From an uncultured Candidatus Binatia bacterium (GTDB lineage: Bacteria; Desulfobacterota; Binatia; UBA9968; CAXXLF01), in the NCBI GenBank assembly GCA_965218425.1, contig OZ244621.1, forward strand, positions 928,001 to 992,000: a DNA stretch of 64,000 nucleotides, given 5' to 3'. The notes beneath the pieces were generated by a model. It saw nothing but the letters and a program-made list of their open reading frames with translations, was not told where the DNA came from and searched no databases. The translations under genes were made by a program, and so were the position numbers. This document shows, one piece after another, positions 50,714 to 59,389 of this stretch; the first letter of the stretch is position 1; each line of letters opens with the position of its first letter.

Positions 50714-50821
50714 TGCCCGGCTTGACAGTCCGAACCAGTGCTCCATGGGCTACACGAGGAGAGCGCTCAAAGGGGCTGGCACCGACCATCTGAAAATTTT
50801 TGTTTAGCCCTGGAGGTTACC

Positions 50822-52105
50822 ATGCAAAGCGAGGTGCGCTCAGCCTCGGACCAGCCAAAACCGCAATCCCGTTTGGCGATCCTTAAAATCCGCAATTTTC
50901 GTTATTACTGGGGTGCCACGATTACTTCCCTCATCGGGGAACATATTGAGGGAGTCATCCGCAGCTGGGTGGTGTGGGAGATCACCGGATCGGTATTCTG
51001 GCTTTCGGCCCTGGTTTTCGTACACTGGGTCCCCTTCACCCTCTTTAGCCTGCCCGCGGGCATGATCGCTGACCGCGTGAATCGCCAGCGGGTAATGTTC
51101 TGGGCCGAGATCTGCCTTGCCAGCGCCGCTTTTGGCATGTTTCTCACGACATACCTTGGCGTGATCAACGAGTATTGGCTTGCCGGCCTCCTGGTGATCC
51201 ACGCACTGCCGGGGCCATTGGCCAATCCATGCCGGCAGCTCTTTCTCCACGATATGGTAGGTAAAGAGAATCTCATGGCGGGTGTTAGCCTGACCTCATC
51301 CCTGCGGCATGCAACCCAATCCATCGGCAAACCCGTGGGTGGGCTTATCCTGGCCACCACGGGTCCAGCCATTGGCTTCTTGATCGATTCACTTTTGTTC
51401 GTACCCATGATCATTGCCTTGCGCTTTTTCATCAAGGTCAAGCAAGCCGAGGCCCCCGCTGACCGTCGCCGGCCCACCTTCAAGCAGTTTATTGAAGGGC
51501 TAAAATACATCGGTAAGAATCGTTCGATCCTCGCCACCATTTGCTTGGGAGTGGCGCCCAGCACTTTTGTTGGCAACGCCCTAGTGATTTTCTACCTGCT
51601 TTACGCCGAAAAGGTTTTCCAAATGAAGGAGACGGCCTATACCCTTTTTCTCGCCGCCGATGGAATCGGCGCCCTGGTGGGCGTGATACTCCTGGTCTGG
51701 ATAGGCAATATCGCGTGGAAAGGGAAGCTTCTACTGCTAGGCGTCTTTGGCTACAGCGGATTCCTCATTGCATTTGCTGTTTCTAGATCTTTTCCCCTCT
51801 CTTTATTTCTCCTCTTTTGCTTCGGAATCTGCCAGGTGGCAGTCACCGCGGCAGCCACCACGTTGATGCTCACCAACGCCCCGTCCGACAAACGCGGACA
51901 GGTGATGGGGGTCTATAATTTTGGCGGCTTAGGGCTGAGGGTGGTGAATGGACCCTTTTTCTGGGCGGCTCACACCATTGCGCTGGCGCTGGTAGCGAAC
52001 CCAGTGACCGGTATTGCCATTGCCGTGAGCAGCGGCGCGGTCATGATCGGGCTCTTGGGGCTGGGCGTGGTCCGGTTCTTGCCCGGGATGCAGCATCAGG
52101 AGTGA
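50822..52105 (+). CDS. MFS transporter (DHA3/EntS-like)
   Basis: About 12 TM helices, GMIADRVNR motif A, KRGQVMG; GGAGG SD before ATG 50822. Confidence 0.92.
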   Translation: MQSEVRSASDQPKPQSRLAILKIRNFRYYWGATITSLIGEHIEGVIRSWVVWEITGSVFWLSALVFVHWVPFTLFSLPAGMIADRVNRQRVMFWAEICLASAAFGMFLTTYLGVINEYWLAGLLVIHALPGPLANPCRQLFLHDMVGKENLMAGVSLTSSLRHATQSIGKPVGGLILATTGPAIGFLIDSLLFVPMIIALRFFIKVKQAEAPADRRRPTFKQFIEGLKYIGKNRSILATICLGVAPSTFVGNALVIFYLLYAEKVFQMKETAYTLFLAADGIGALVGVILLVWIGNIAWKGKLLLLGVFGYSGFLIAFAVSRSFPLSLFLLFCFGICQVAVTAAATTLMLTNAPSDKRGQVMGVYNFGGLGLRVVNGPFFWAAHTIALALVANPVTGIAIAVSSGAVMIGLLGLGVVRFLPGMQHQE

Positions 52106-52114
52106 GCACCATGA

Positions 52115-52369
52115 TTAGTGCCTCCTTACCTCTGCGAGGAACTGCTCCATTGTCATCTTTCCCGTCACCAGCCTCTCCGTATCGGAGGGGCTGGAGGGAT
52201 AGCCCTTCCCCCGAATGAAAAGCTCCCAATAAAAGATTTTTTCCAAGGGAGGGCATGAAGCATGGGATCCTTGCGCATCATGGCTGATCAAATAATCCTT
52301 GCCCCTGAGGATCATCCTGGCATCTACACTATTGTCTTGACACCATTTTTGTACTTCGTCGGTGGTCAT
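52115..52369 (-). CDS. Hypothetical protein
   Basis: 84-aa ORF with AGGGA SD, co-oriented downstream of the cupin. Confidence 0.6.
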   Translation of the reverse strand: MTTDEVQKWCQDNSVDARMILRGKDYLISHDAQGSHASCPPLEKIFYWELFIRGKGYPSSPSDTERLVTGKMTMEQFLAEVRRH

Positions 52370-52386
52370 AATCTTTCCCCTGAAAT

Positions 52387-52802
52387 CTATGTCGTCTGAT
52401 CCAGAAGGTGCTCCTTTAAACTCGTGTCGATGCCATAGAGGACCTTTGTTATCTTCGGTCGTGGACTAGGCTCCGTGCTCACCTGATAGAGGACCAGACG
52501 CCCCTCACCGGTGTTGTTGAGTTGGTAAAAATATCCGGCCGGCACATGAACCCCCTGGTGCCGGGTGAGACGGGCCTCGCCCCCCTTGAGGAATTTCATG
52601 GTGCACTCCCCTTCCACAACAAAGAAGGTGTGGTCTGATCCAGGGTGGCAGTGCATCTCATCATTGACCCAGGCTCGTAACAGTTCAGCGCGATGTGACA
52701 GCGGTCTGTCTGTGACGCGCGAACATAGTTACGCCCGGTGGGTTGACCCCAACGGGTCTCTTTATCCGCATCGACGACCTTAGGATCGGTGAGTTTGTCC
52801 AT
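52387..52802 (-). pseudogene. Cupin-domain protein split by a 1-nt frameshift (pseudogene or assembly error)
   Basis: LNCYEPG in one frame joins NDEMHCHPGSDHTFFVVEG in another at a GGG run, 52668-52670. Confidence 0.8.
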
Positions 52803-52942
52803 GGAGACGCCTCCGTTCCATTTAGAAATTCTTGCTTAAGAGCCTTTATGGGCAACTTCGCGCAAACAGCCCATCATATACGGCAATAGGTTCTAAAGAT
52901 CAAGGGGGTTAGCTTAGCTTTGAGGACCTCGGTAAAACCGAG

Positions 52943-53737
52943 TCACGGCTGAGCCGCCAGAGCAATACGCAATCCGACGAGACCGAGGAGAGCTAATATA
53001 GGCAACGAGAGAATCAGCACCTGACGCCAGTCCATAAGAGAAACCACGGCATAGGCTAAAGGCTCACGGACATTTTGGGGTAATCCCGAGTACTTCTTCC
53101 AAATCCGACCCAAGAAAAAGACATTGTATACGAACCCGAGGGATGCCGCCATTCCCACCGCCCAAATGAAGGGTTCGGCGGCTTCCAACCCGCCAGAATC
53201 AAGGATCACAAGACGCGTAATGTAATAGATGAGCCCCACCGCTGCCGCAGTGGTCGAACCCCATAGACAGACGGCAAACTGAGCCACCCCCCTTCGGGCC
53301 CAGGCCTCTTTGGCCTCTGACAGGGTGTGGTCCACCACCCGTTGGGCCGCTTGTTCTGCCTCCTGAATAACACCTTTTGCATCGTCCCGAACCGTTTGAA
53401 TGATCCTGTGAATTGAGGCCACGATGGCGGATAGAACGACCAAATCATCCACGAAACCCATTCCAGGAATTACATCGGGTATCGCATCAATGGGGGCTAT
53501 AAAATAAAGCAAGCCCGCAATCACGATTACTTTGTGTTTCGTGGGGAGCCTCGGGTCGGTCATGTAGCGGTAGGCCTCGCGTGCAAGGTCCACCACTGGA
53601 TTGTCAGTGGCAATACGGCGGAGTTTTCGCGCAAAGCTCTCGTGGACCTTTTCCTCGCTTGCGGGTCGAGCCGCTTCCTCAAGAAATCGCCGAGGAAGAG
53701 GATAGGGTTCCTTCTCTGTTTTGTCCTTAATAGACAC
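52943..53737 (-). CDS. YkvA/DUF1232-family membrane protein with C-terminal extension
   Basis: LYFIAPIDAIPDVIPGMGFVDD signature; further TM helices. Confidence 0.85.
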   Translation of the reverse strand: MSIKDKTEKEPYPLPRRFLEEAARPASEEKVHESFARKLRRIATDNPVVDLAREAYRYMTDPRLPTKHKVIVIAGLLYFIAPIDAIPDVIPGMGFVDDLVVLSAIVASIHRIIQTVRDDAKGVIQEAEQAAQRVVDHTLSEAKEAWARRGVAQFAVCLWGSTTAAAVGLIYYITRLVILDSGGLEAAEPFIWAVGMAASLGFVYNVFFLGRIWKKYSGLPQNVREPLAYAVVSLMDWRQVLILSLPILALLGLVGLRIALAAQP

Positions 53738-53740
53738 GGA

Positions 53741-55336
53741 TCAATCGAAAACGGTATCTGAGTAAGAAGCTACATCGATGAAGGCCTCGATGACGCTGGG
53801 ACCGTCAAGATTTAGACCCCAGTCAACAGCCTCACCGAACTCCTCCTCATTCCTTACCGCTCTACAAGGGACTCCAAAATAGTGGGGGGGTGAGTCAGGA
53901 GGGTCCCCTAGAAAGACTCCTGATAGAGGATAACGTTTACGCTCTTGCTTCACCTTCATCAATCCCAACCAACCGTCGTTCAAGACAACAAGGGGAACCG
54001 CCAACCCCCGGCGCCTGGCCAGGGCTAATTCTCCCACGGTCATTTGAAAGCCCCCATCTCCCACGACGCCAACAACCACCCGGTCGGGATGAACCAGTTT
54101 CGCCGCGTATGCAGCAGGCATACCGTAGCCCATGGACGACCACCCGTTTGTCGCAAGGCAGGTCCCGGGAAGATCCGTCCGCCATTGCGTGGCAATTTGA
54201 TGCGTGTGGGCGCCCACATCGTATGCGAGGATCCCGTCTGCTGGGAGTTTTTTCCTGAGCACGTCCAGCACATGGTGTGCCCCTAATCCTCCAATAGCGG
54301 GACGAAGAGCCCTCTCCAGCGTGTGGCGATGAGTCTCCCGTTCCATATCAGACCATTCGTTCACCGCCGTTGGGATTTCATTCAACCGGCCAATGGCGAG
54401 ATCAAGATCCCCCGCCTCATTGAGTAACATCTTGACCTCGCGACCCACTTCCGCATGCTCGGTGCTGAGGTGGATCACTGGTGTTGAGCCAATCCACTCT
54501 TCATAGTTGATCTCGATGGGGTCGTACCCCACGGCAATGACCAAGTCGGCCTTCTGGACGAAGGTCTGCACATCCGTCCTTCTGGCGCGACCCAGCACTC
54601 CCGCCCAGTTCGGATGGCTTTCGGGAAGTAATCCCTTGCCCTGTAGGGTCGAAACAAACGGGATATTATGTTTTTCAATAAATCGCAGAAGGGCCTCCCT
54701 CTCACCACACCGTGAAAAGGTGAGTCCTGTGACAACAAGGGGCTTTTTGCTCTTACCAAGCGCATCTGAAATCTGTCTAAATACTCTATCGGGTAATTCC
54801 GGAAGAGAATGGCGTAATTTTTTTTCCTTTGGGGCCTCAGAAGTCGCGTCCATAGCAACGTCTTCTGGTAAATCGAGGTGCACCGGACCTGGAGGCTCGG
54901 TCTTCGCCACCATTAGCGCCTCTGCAAGGACATCGGCCAGAGCGCCGGACCTTAACGCGTAGGTGCCCTTTGTGATGGGTCTAAATAGGGCATGGTGGTC
55001 GATTCGCATTTGCACGCGCCGATCAATCCACGAGGTTTCCACGTTGCAGGTAATGGCAATTAGGGGAGATCGATCCAACCAGGCGCAGCCCACCCCCGTG
55101 GCCATGTTTGTTGCCCCCGGACCCAGTGTAGATACACAGGCACCGGGGATACCGATCAGCGCACCCACCGTTGTAGCCATAAATCCGGCCGAGGTTTCAC
55201 TGGCCGTCAATATAAATTCCATTGAACTTTCGCGCAGGGCTTCGATCAAAGGCAGCACCGGTCCACTGGGGACCCCAAATACCCACCTCACACCGGCCTT
55301 TTCCAATGTTCTGACAAGGAGTTCAACGTTGTTCAT
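53741..55336 (-). CDS. Thiamine-diphosphate-dependent enzyme (acetolactate synthase-like)
   Basis: FGVP, TLGPGATN, PGPVHLDLP, SMGYGMP, GDGGFQM...ND. Confidence 0.93.
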   Translation of the reverse strand: MNNVELLVRTLEKAGVRWVFGVPSGPVLPLIEALRESSMEFILTASETSAGFMATTVGALIGIPGACVSTLGPGATNMATGVGCAWLDRSPLIAITCNVETSWIDRRVQMRIDHHALFRPITKGTYALRSGALADVLAEALMVAKTEPPGPVHLDLPEDVAMDATSEAPKEKKLRHSLPELPDRVFRQISDALGKSKKPLVVTGLTFSRCGEREALLRFIEKHNIPFVSTLQGKGLLPESHPNWAGVLGRARRTDVQTFVQKADLVIAVGYDPIEINYEEWIGSTPVIHLSTEHAEVGREVKMLLNEAGDLDLAIGRLNEIPTAVNEWSDMERETHRHTLERALRPAIGGLGAHHVLDVLRKKLPADGILAYDVGAHTHQIATQWRTDLPGTCLATNGWSSMGYGMPAAYAAKLVHPDRVVVGVVGDGGFQMTVGELALARRRGLAVPLVVLNDGWLGLMKVKQERKRYPLSGVFLGDPPDSPPHYFGVPCRAVRNEEEFGEAVDWGLNLDGPSVIEAFIDVASYSDTVFD

Positions 55337-55341
55337 TGATC

Positions 55342-56142
55342 CTAGGTTCCAATACGAACAGGATCTGCAATGTCGTGAAGTGTCCGAATAATTGAAAGGG
55401 TGGTGAGACGGCCGGTGCGAGGGTTTTCACTCGGAATATTCTCAATATAAATATGAAGGCGGCCGAACTCCCCCTCCACTTCCACTTCATGGCAGTTTCG
55501 CTCCAGACCGGGAACAGCCACGATACGAATCATTGTCCGATCAGAACCCAGACCGGCCAAGCTCACAGCGGCTGACACGTTAACATTGGCCGGGAAACCG
55601 CGACACGCCTCACGGGCAGACCCTGAGAAGACTTCTCGTTCCTGCGTTAAGCCGACCAATTGAACTCCACGTTCAACTAAATAGGGGGAGCCATCAAGGG
55701 TCTCGGGGGGTTTGCGCGTTGTCATCCTGACCTGTGAAACCTGACCGCTACAGGCGGATTTAATGCCATCAAGACCTGCGATGGCCCCCGAGGGCAAATA
55801 GAGCCCGCACCCCTTCTCCCTAGCCAGCCTAGTAATTTCAGGATGGTCGAGGAGAGCCCCTATGCTGATCACCATGAGGTCCTTTCCCGCCTCGAAGGTT
55901 TCTCGGGCTAGCCCGGGCACCACGTCACTTCCAGCCGCTTCGACTATCAGATCAGAGCGTTCAATCAGCTTGCTGCGGTCAAGATAGGGGGGGGGGTTAC
56001 GTAGGGCGGACAGGAACTTACGAGCCTTTATCTCGCTACGGCTGGTTATACCGACGATCTTCAGCGATAGTTTTCCTTCGTCTGCCGCTTCGAGCAACGC
56101 GATTCCGATGGCCCCGCACCCTACAATACCAATGGATTTCAC
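55342..56142 (-). CDS. nadX: L-aspartate dehydrogenase family protein
   Basis: GIVGCGAIG, VEAA, SGAIAGLD, TRKPP, FPANVNV, NCHE, NPRT; start GTG 56142. Confidence 0.9.
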   Translation of the reverse strand: MKSIGIVGCGAIGIALLEAADEGKLSLKIVGITSRSEIKARKFLSALRNPPPYLDRSKLIERSDLIVEAAGSDVVPGLARETFEAGKDLMVISIGALLDHPEITRLAREKGCGLYLPSGAIAGLDGIKSACSGQVSQVRMTTRKPPETLDGSPYLVERGVQLVGLTQEREVFSGSAREACRGFPANVNVSAAVSLAGLGSDRTMIRIVAVPGLERNCHEVEVEGEFGRLHIYIENIPSENPRTGRLTTLSIIRTLHDIADPVRIGT

Positions 56143-56145
56143 TGA

Positions 56146-56379
56146 GGATTTCCTTCCAGGTTTGTACCCCCTACCACCCTTTGTGTCAACAAAATTGGGG
56201 TCAGGTGTCGTCACTGCCACTTGACCATCGAAGAGACCGAACTAGACAACGGCTATTGTCCTGAGTGCTTTGAAGCTCGAGGTGAGAAGCGTTACGAGTT
56301 TGAACAGGTCCCGGCACCAGAGACGGAAGGGGCTAACTACAGATGCAAGGAGTGCGGTGTCATTATTCATTGTGATTAG
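56146..56379 (+). other. Zinc-ribbon-like ORF with three CxxC pairs and no canonical start upstream of the first pair
   Basis: CRHC...CPEC...CKEC in one open frame ending TAG 56379. Confidence 0.55.
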
Positions 56380-56444
56380 ACACTTCACCTCGCCTTCAAA
56401 AGGGTCGCTAAGACCTCTCAATGATTCGCTTTTTTCCACCGCCC

Positions 56445-56900
56445 TCATTTAGCAATGGTGATGGCAGGGCCGGTGTACGAGAGATGTCCGTTGCCGTCAT
56501 CTGGTACAGTTCGCTCAAGGTGCGAAAAGCCTCTTGATTCCACGGCAAAACCTTGCCAGGTTCCTGCTCAGGCGTCTCGACCCAATACCATGATCCCCTG
56601 TGTTTAACCCTAAAAGCTGCACCCTTGGGCTCACTCGGGGTCACTTTGACGGCTAGGGTCTGCGCCGGGTTGGCTAGAACCTGGGCTGTTCCTTTGTCCT
56701 GTTCAACGTTGAATTCCGCAACCGCAGAAATTCCGTTGGCAACAAATCTCAAGACGTCTGAAAAACTCCTGAACGGAAAGCAGCCATGCATTGGATAGTC
56801 TCCTCTAGGACCTCCCTCGCGGATGTCCACCAGAAGAGAGTTTTCAGGAAAAGCCTCGGCAAGTTCATTGTGTCGTCAGATATCGTTGGCGGACAACTCG
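56445..56900 (-). pseudogene. C-terminal remnant of a hypothetical protein
   Basis: Protein-like 140-aa frame preceded by an in-frame TGA, no SD or start, and an alternative-frame end AITIAK*. Confidence 0.4.
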
Positions 56901-56957
56901 CTGCACACTAGTTGACCCCTCGAATTTCGAAATTCGGATTAGAACTACCAAGCACCT

Positions 56958-57374
56958 CTACATCCGGTACAACATCCAGTAAACAATCACACCCGTTACT
57001 GACACGTAAAGCCAGATGGGCAACGTCCATCGGGCAATACGTTTATGATGCTGGAAGTTTCCTTTGAGTGCCCTCACAAGCGTAACCAGTGCCAGCGGAA
57101 CGATGGCAGCGGCAAGAAAAGCATGGGAAATCAGAACCGAGAAGTAAACAGGACGGGTCCACCCCTTCCCTGTAAAGGGAACTGAACCCACGTAATAATG
57201 ATAGATGAGATAAGAAACGAGAAAGAGGGCTGAGGCCATGCAAGCGGACAGCATACATATTCTGTGAGCCACCACCCGATGACGCCGAATAAGAAAATAG
57301 CCACAGATCAACAATAGAATACTAAAGGAATTGAAGCCCGCGTTAAGACTGGGCAAATAGGCGAGCGGTATCAA
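56958..57374 (-). CDS. DUF420 (YozB-like) membrane protein of cox operons
   Basis: LPSLNAGFN, HRICM, FLVSY, HKRIARWTLPIWLYVSVTGVIVY. Confidence 0.9.
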   Translation of the reverse strand: MIPLAYLPSLNAGFNSFSILLLICGYFLIRRHRVVAHRICMLSACMASALFLVSYLIYHYYVGSVPFTGKGWTRPVYFSVLISHAFLAAAIVPLALVTLVRALKGNFQHHKRIARWTLPIWLYVSVTGVIVYWMLYRM

Positions 57375-57382
57375 GTGAGTGT

Positions 57383-57652
57383 TCAGGACATGTCAGGCAG
57401 AAGCATCAAGATCAAGAAAACGCAGATAATCAACGGGGTTAGAGCAATCATGGTCAATGACATGCTCTCAAACTTTAGATGCATAAAGTACATTGCCACC
57501 AGCGCTGCCTTGGCCAGAGCGAACCCCACCAGAGAAATAATAATAAATAGCTTCGCTATTGGTAAGTAAATAACTCCGATCTCAAGGATCGTCAGCGCCA
57601 GGAGCCACCAGAATATGGTCATATAGTTGGTTTCTGCGTGAGAATCGGCCAT
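57383..57652 (-). CDS. ctaF: Cytochrome c oxidase subunit IV
   Basis: LLALTILE, AKAALVAMYFMHLKFE. Confidence 0.9.
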   Translation of the reverse strand: MADSHAETNYMTIFWWLLALTILEIGVIYLPIAKLFIIISLVGFALAKAALVAMYFMHLKFESMSLTMIALTPLIICVFLILMLLPDMS

Positions 57653-57663
57653 GGTTCATCACC

Positions 57664-58269
57664 TCATACCAAATAGACAAAGGTAAAAATCAGTATCCAA
57701 ACCAGATCAACGAAGTGCCAATAGAGACCCGCGATCTCCACTTCTCGAGCACCGTAACGCCCCCGTAGGCATGCAATCAGCACACAAAAGTTATAGATCA
57801 CTCCTCCGGTCACATGCATTCCATGAAAACCGGTGAGCACGAAAAACGTCGTCGCGAAGAGATGGTTCGTAAAAGCAAGACCATGCTGAGGTAAAGTGTG
57901 GGTTATCAGATGGGTCCACTCGTAGGCCTGGAGGCCCAGGAAGACCAGCCCTCCCAGCACCGTTAGCCCGAGGAATTTCTTGAGCCCACGCATATCCCCT
58001 GCTTTGATTGCTGACAATCCCTGAACCATCGTAACACTGCTACAGATGAGCAAGAAAGTCATCAATGCTGTGAGGTTAATGCCGAGCACGTTAGCGGGAA
58101 CCGGCCAATTGGGACTCATGATTCGGAATATCCCATACCCCACGATGAGGGTCCCAAAACTCATGGCATCTCCCACCAGGAACAACCACATTCCCAGCTT
58201 ACCCCAGCTTTCTGGCGTAAGGGGAGTTTCAGCCGGTTCGGTCGCAGCATCAATCACTGCTTCACTCAT
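57664..58269 (-). CDS. ctaE: Cytochrome c oxidase subunit III (second copy)
   Basis: GKLGMWLFL, TGFHGMHV, GLYWHFVDLVW. Confidence 0.93.
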   Translation of the reverse strand: MSEAVIDAATEPAETPLTPESWGKLGMWLFLVGDAMSFGTLIVGYGIFRIMSPNWPVPANVLGINLTALMTFLLICSSVTMVQGLSAIKAGDMRGLKKFLGLTVLGGLVFLGLQAYEWTHLITHTLPQHGLAFTNHLFATTFFVLTGFHGMHVTGGVIYNFCVLIACLRGRYGAREVEIAGLYWHFVDLVWILIFTFVYLV

Positions 58270-58517
58270 CTTCCACCCTCCTTTGGTTTCTCTATCAAGC
58301 GTAAAAAGGAACCCTGTTTACGAAGTTGATCCCGCCTCTTGTTCCCGCGCCAGCAGGAATAGGCGATCCCGGCAACGATGGACCCGGCAATGGTGTATGG
58401 CATAGCCATCAAAAACAAAACAGCCCAGTGAAGGGAATGGGTTATTGGATCTTCAGCGGCCGCGGCGACCCTGGGAAGCAAGAGAAACGACATGATCAAT
58501 CCATGACCTGCCTTCAT
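58266..58517 (-). CDS. Small membrane protein in the cox operon
   Basis: Signal-like N-terminus plus TM AVLFLMAMPYTIAGSIVAG; overlaps the next gene start with a GGAGG SD. Confidence 0.55.
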   Translation of the reverse strand: MKAGHGLIMSFLLLPRVAAAAEDPITHSLHWAVLFLMAMPYTIAGSIVAGIAYSCWRGNKRRDQLRKQGSFLRLIEKPKEGGR

Positions 58518-58590
58518 AGAATCCTCAAGTAAAAAACCGTTAATCATCTGTGGAGCTGCTCCACGGTGAAAAACCTGTCAAGCACCTCAT

Positions 58591-59256
58591 CTAATAGAGA
58601 TAAACCAGTCCGTAAAGAACCGGCCATAGTCCAACTACGAACATCCAATACATTGAACAGACCTCCACACCCGTATGGTTCCGGGACGTAAACCGATCAC
58701 GCCTCGCCTGTGAGAGAACAATCATCAACCAGATCACTGCTGCAAACACGTGGAGCCCATGAAATCCGACCAACGTGTAAAAGGTCGCACCGTAAGTCCC
58801 ACTTGAGACCCTGAGGCCAAAGTCGATTAACCGGACCCATTCGTAACCCTGGATCGTCAGGAAGAGCGTTCCCAGAACGACCGTAGTCAAGATCCATCGT
58901 ATCAGGCCCTTTGAATCATCCCCCCTGACGGCCCTCAATGCCAAATAACAGGTAAATCCGCTGGAAAGAAGTATCGCCGTGTTGATGCCCGTCACGCCCA
59001 CGGGTAGGCGCGGCTGAGTGGTTGGCGGCCACACGTCGCTTCCCAGACGGAAGACCAAAAACGCACCAACCAGCCCAGCGAAAAACATGGCCTCAGCTCC
59101 CAGGAAAACCAACAGTCCGAGACGCGCGTTGCTTATCGCCGGTGTGGTTGGCGTCGAGGGCGGCGGTCCCCCACGAAAACCAGGGAGCCACAAATTGTCC
59201 TCTGTGGGTACCTCAACGATGCGATGAGCTGTTGCTCCTTTGGCCACGGAAACCAA
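58591..59256 (-). CDS. ctaE: Cytochrome c oxidase subunit III (first copy)
   Basis: FLGAEAMFF, NTAILLSS, GFHGLHV, YWMFVVGLW. Confidence 0.92.
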   Translation of the reverse strand: MVSVAKGATAHRIVEVPTEDNLWLPGFRGGPPPSTPTTPAISNARLGLLVFLGAEAMFFAGLVGAFLVFRLGSDVWPPTTQPRLPVGVTGINTAILLSSGFTCYLALRAVRGDDSKGLIRWILTTVVLGTLFLTIQGYEWVRLIDFGLRVSSGTYGATFYTLVGFHGLHVFAAVIWLMIVLSQARRDRFTSRNHTGVEVCSMYWMFVVGLWPVLYGLVYLY

Positions 59257-59266
59257 CCTCGTAGCC

Positions 59267-59374
59267 CTAATAGGCTACAATAAATACGACCACAGCAGCG
59301 ATGTAGACCAACATGAGGACGGCTAGTGTCATGCCAAATCGCCGATTTTGTTGCTTTTGATCCGCTCTCACCAT
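59267..59374 (-). CDS. 35-aa single-TM protein (CoxF-like position)
   Basis: MVRADQKQQNRRFGMTLAVLMLVYIAAVVVFIVAY* fills the gap between ctaB and ctaE. Confidence 0.65.
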   Translation of the reverse strand: MVRADQKQQNRRFGMTLAVLMLVYIAAVVVFIVAY

Positions 59375-59389
59375 CGTTGCAACTACAAC

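Larger units (their letters stand above)
49270..50727 (-). mobile_element. Insertion sequence with DDE (integrase-core) transposase
   Basis: 9-bp terminal IR TGTCAAGCC/GGCTTGACA, flanking 4-bp direct repeat GTCC, subterminal TCTAACC repeats. Confidence 0.8.

Noticed and set aside
52660..52675. Programmed ribosomal frameshift in the cupin gene
   Set aside because: No X XXY YYZ heptamer or obvious stimulatory structure; a simple indel is more likely
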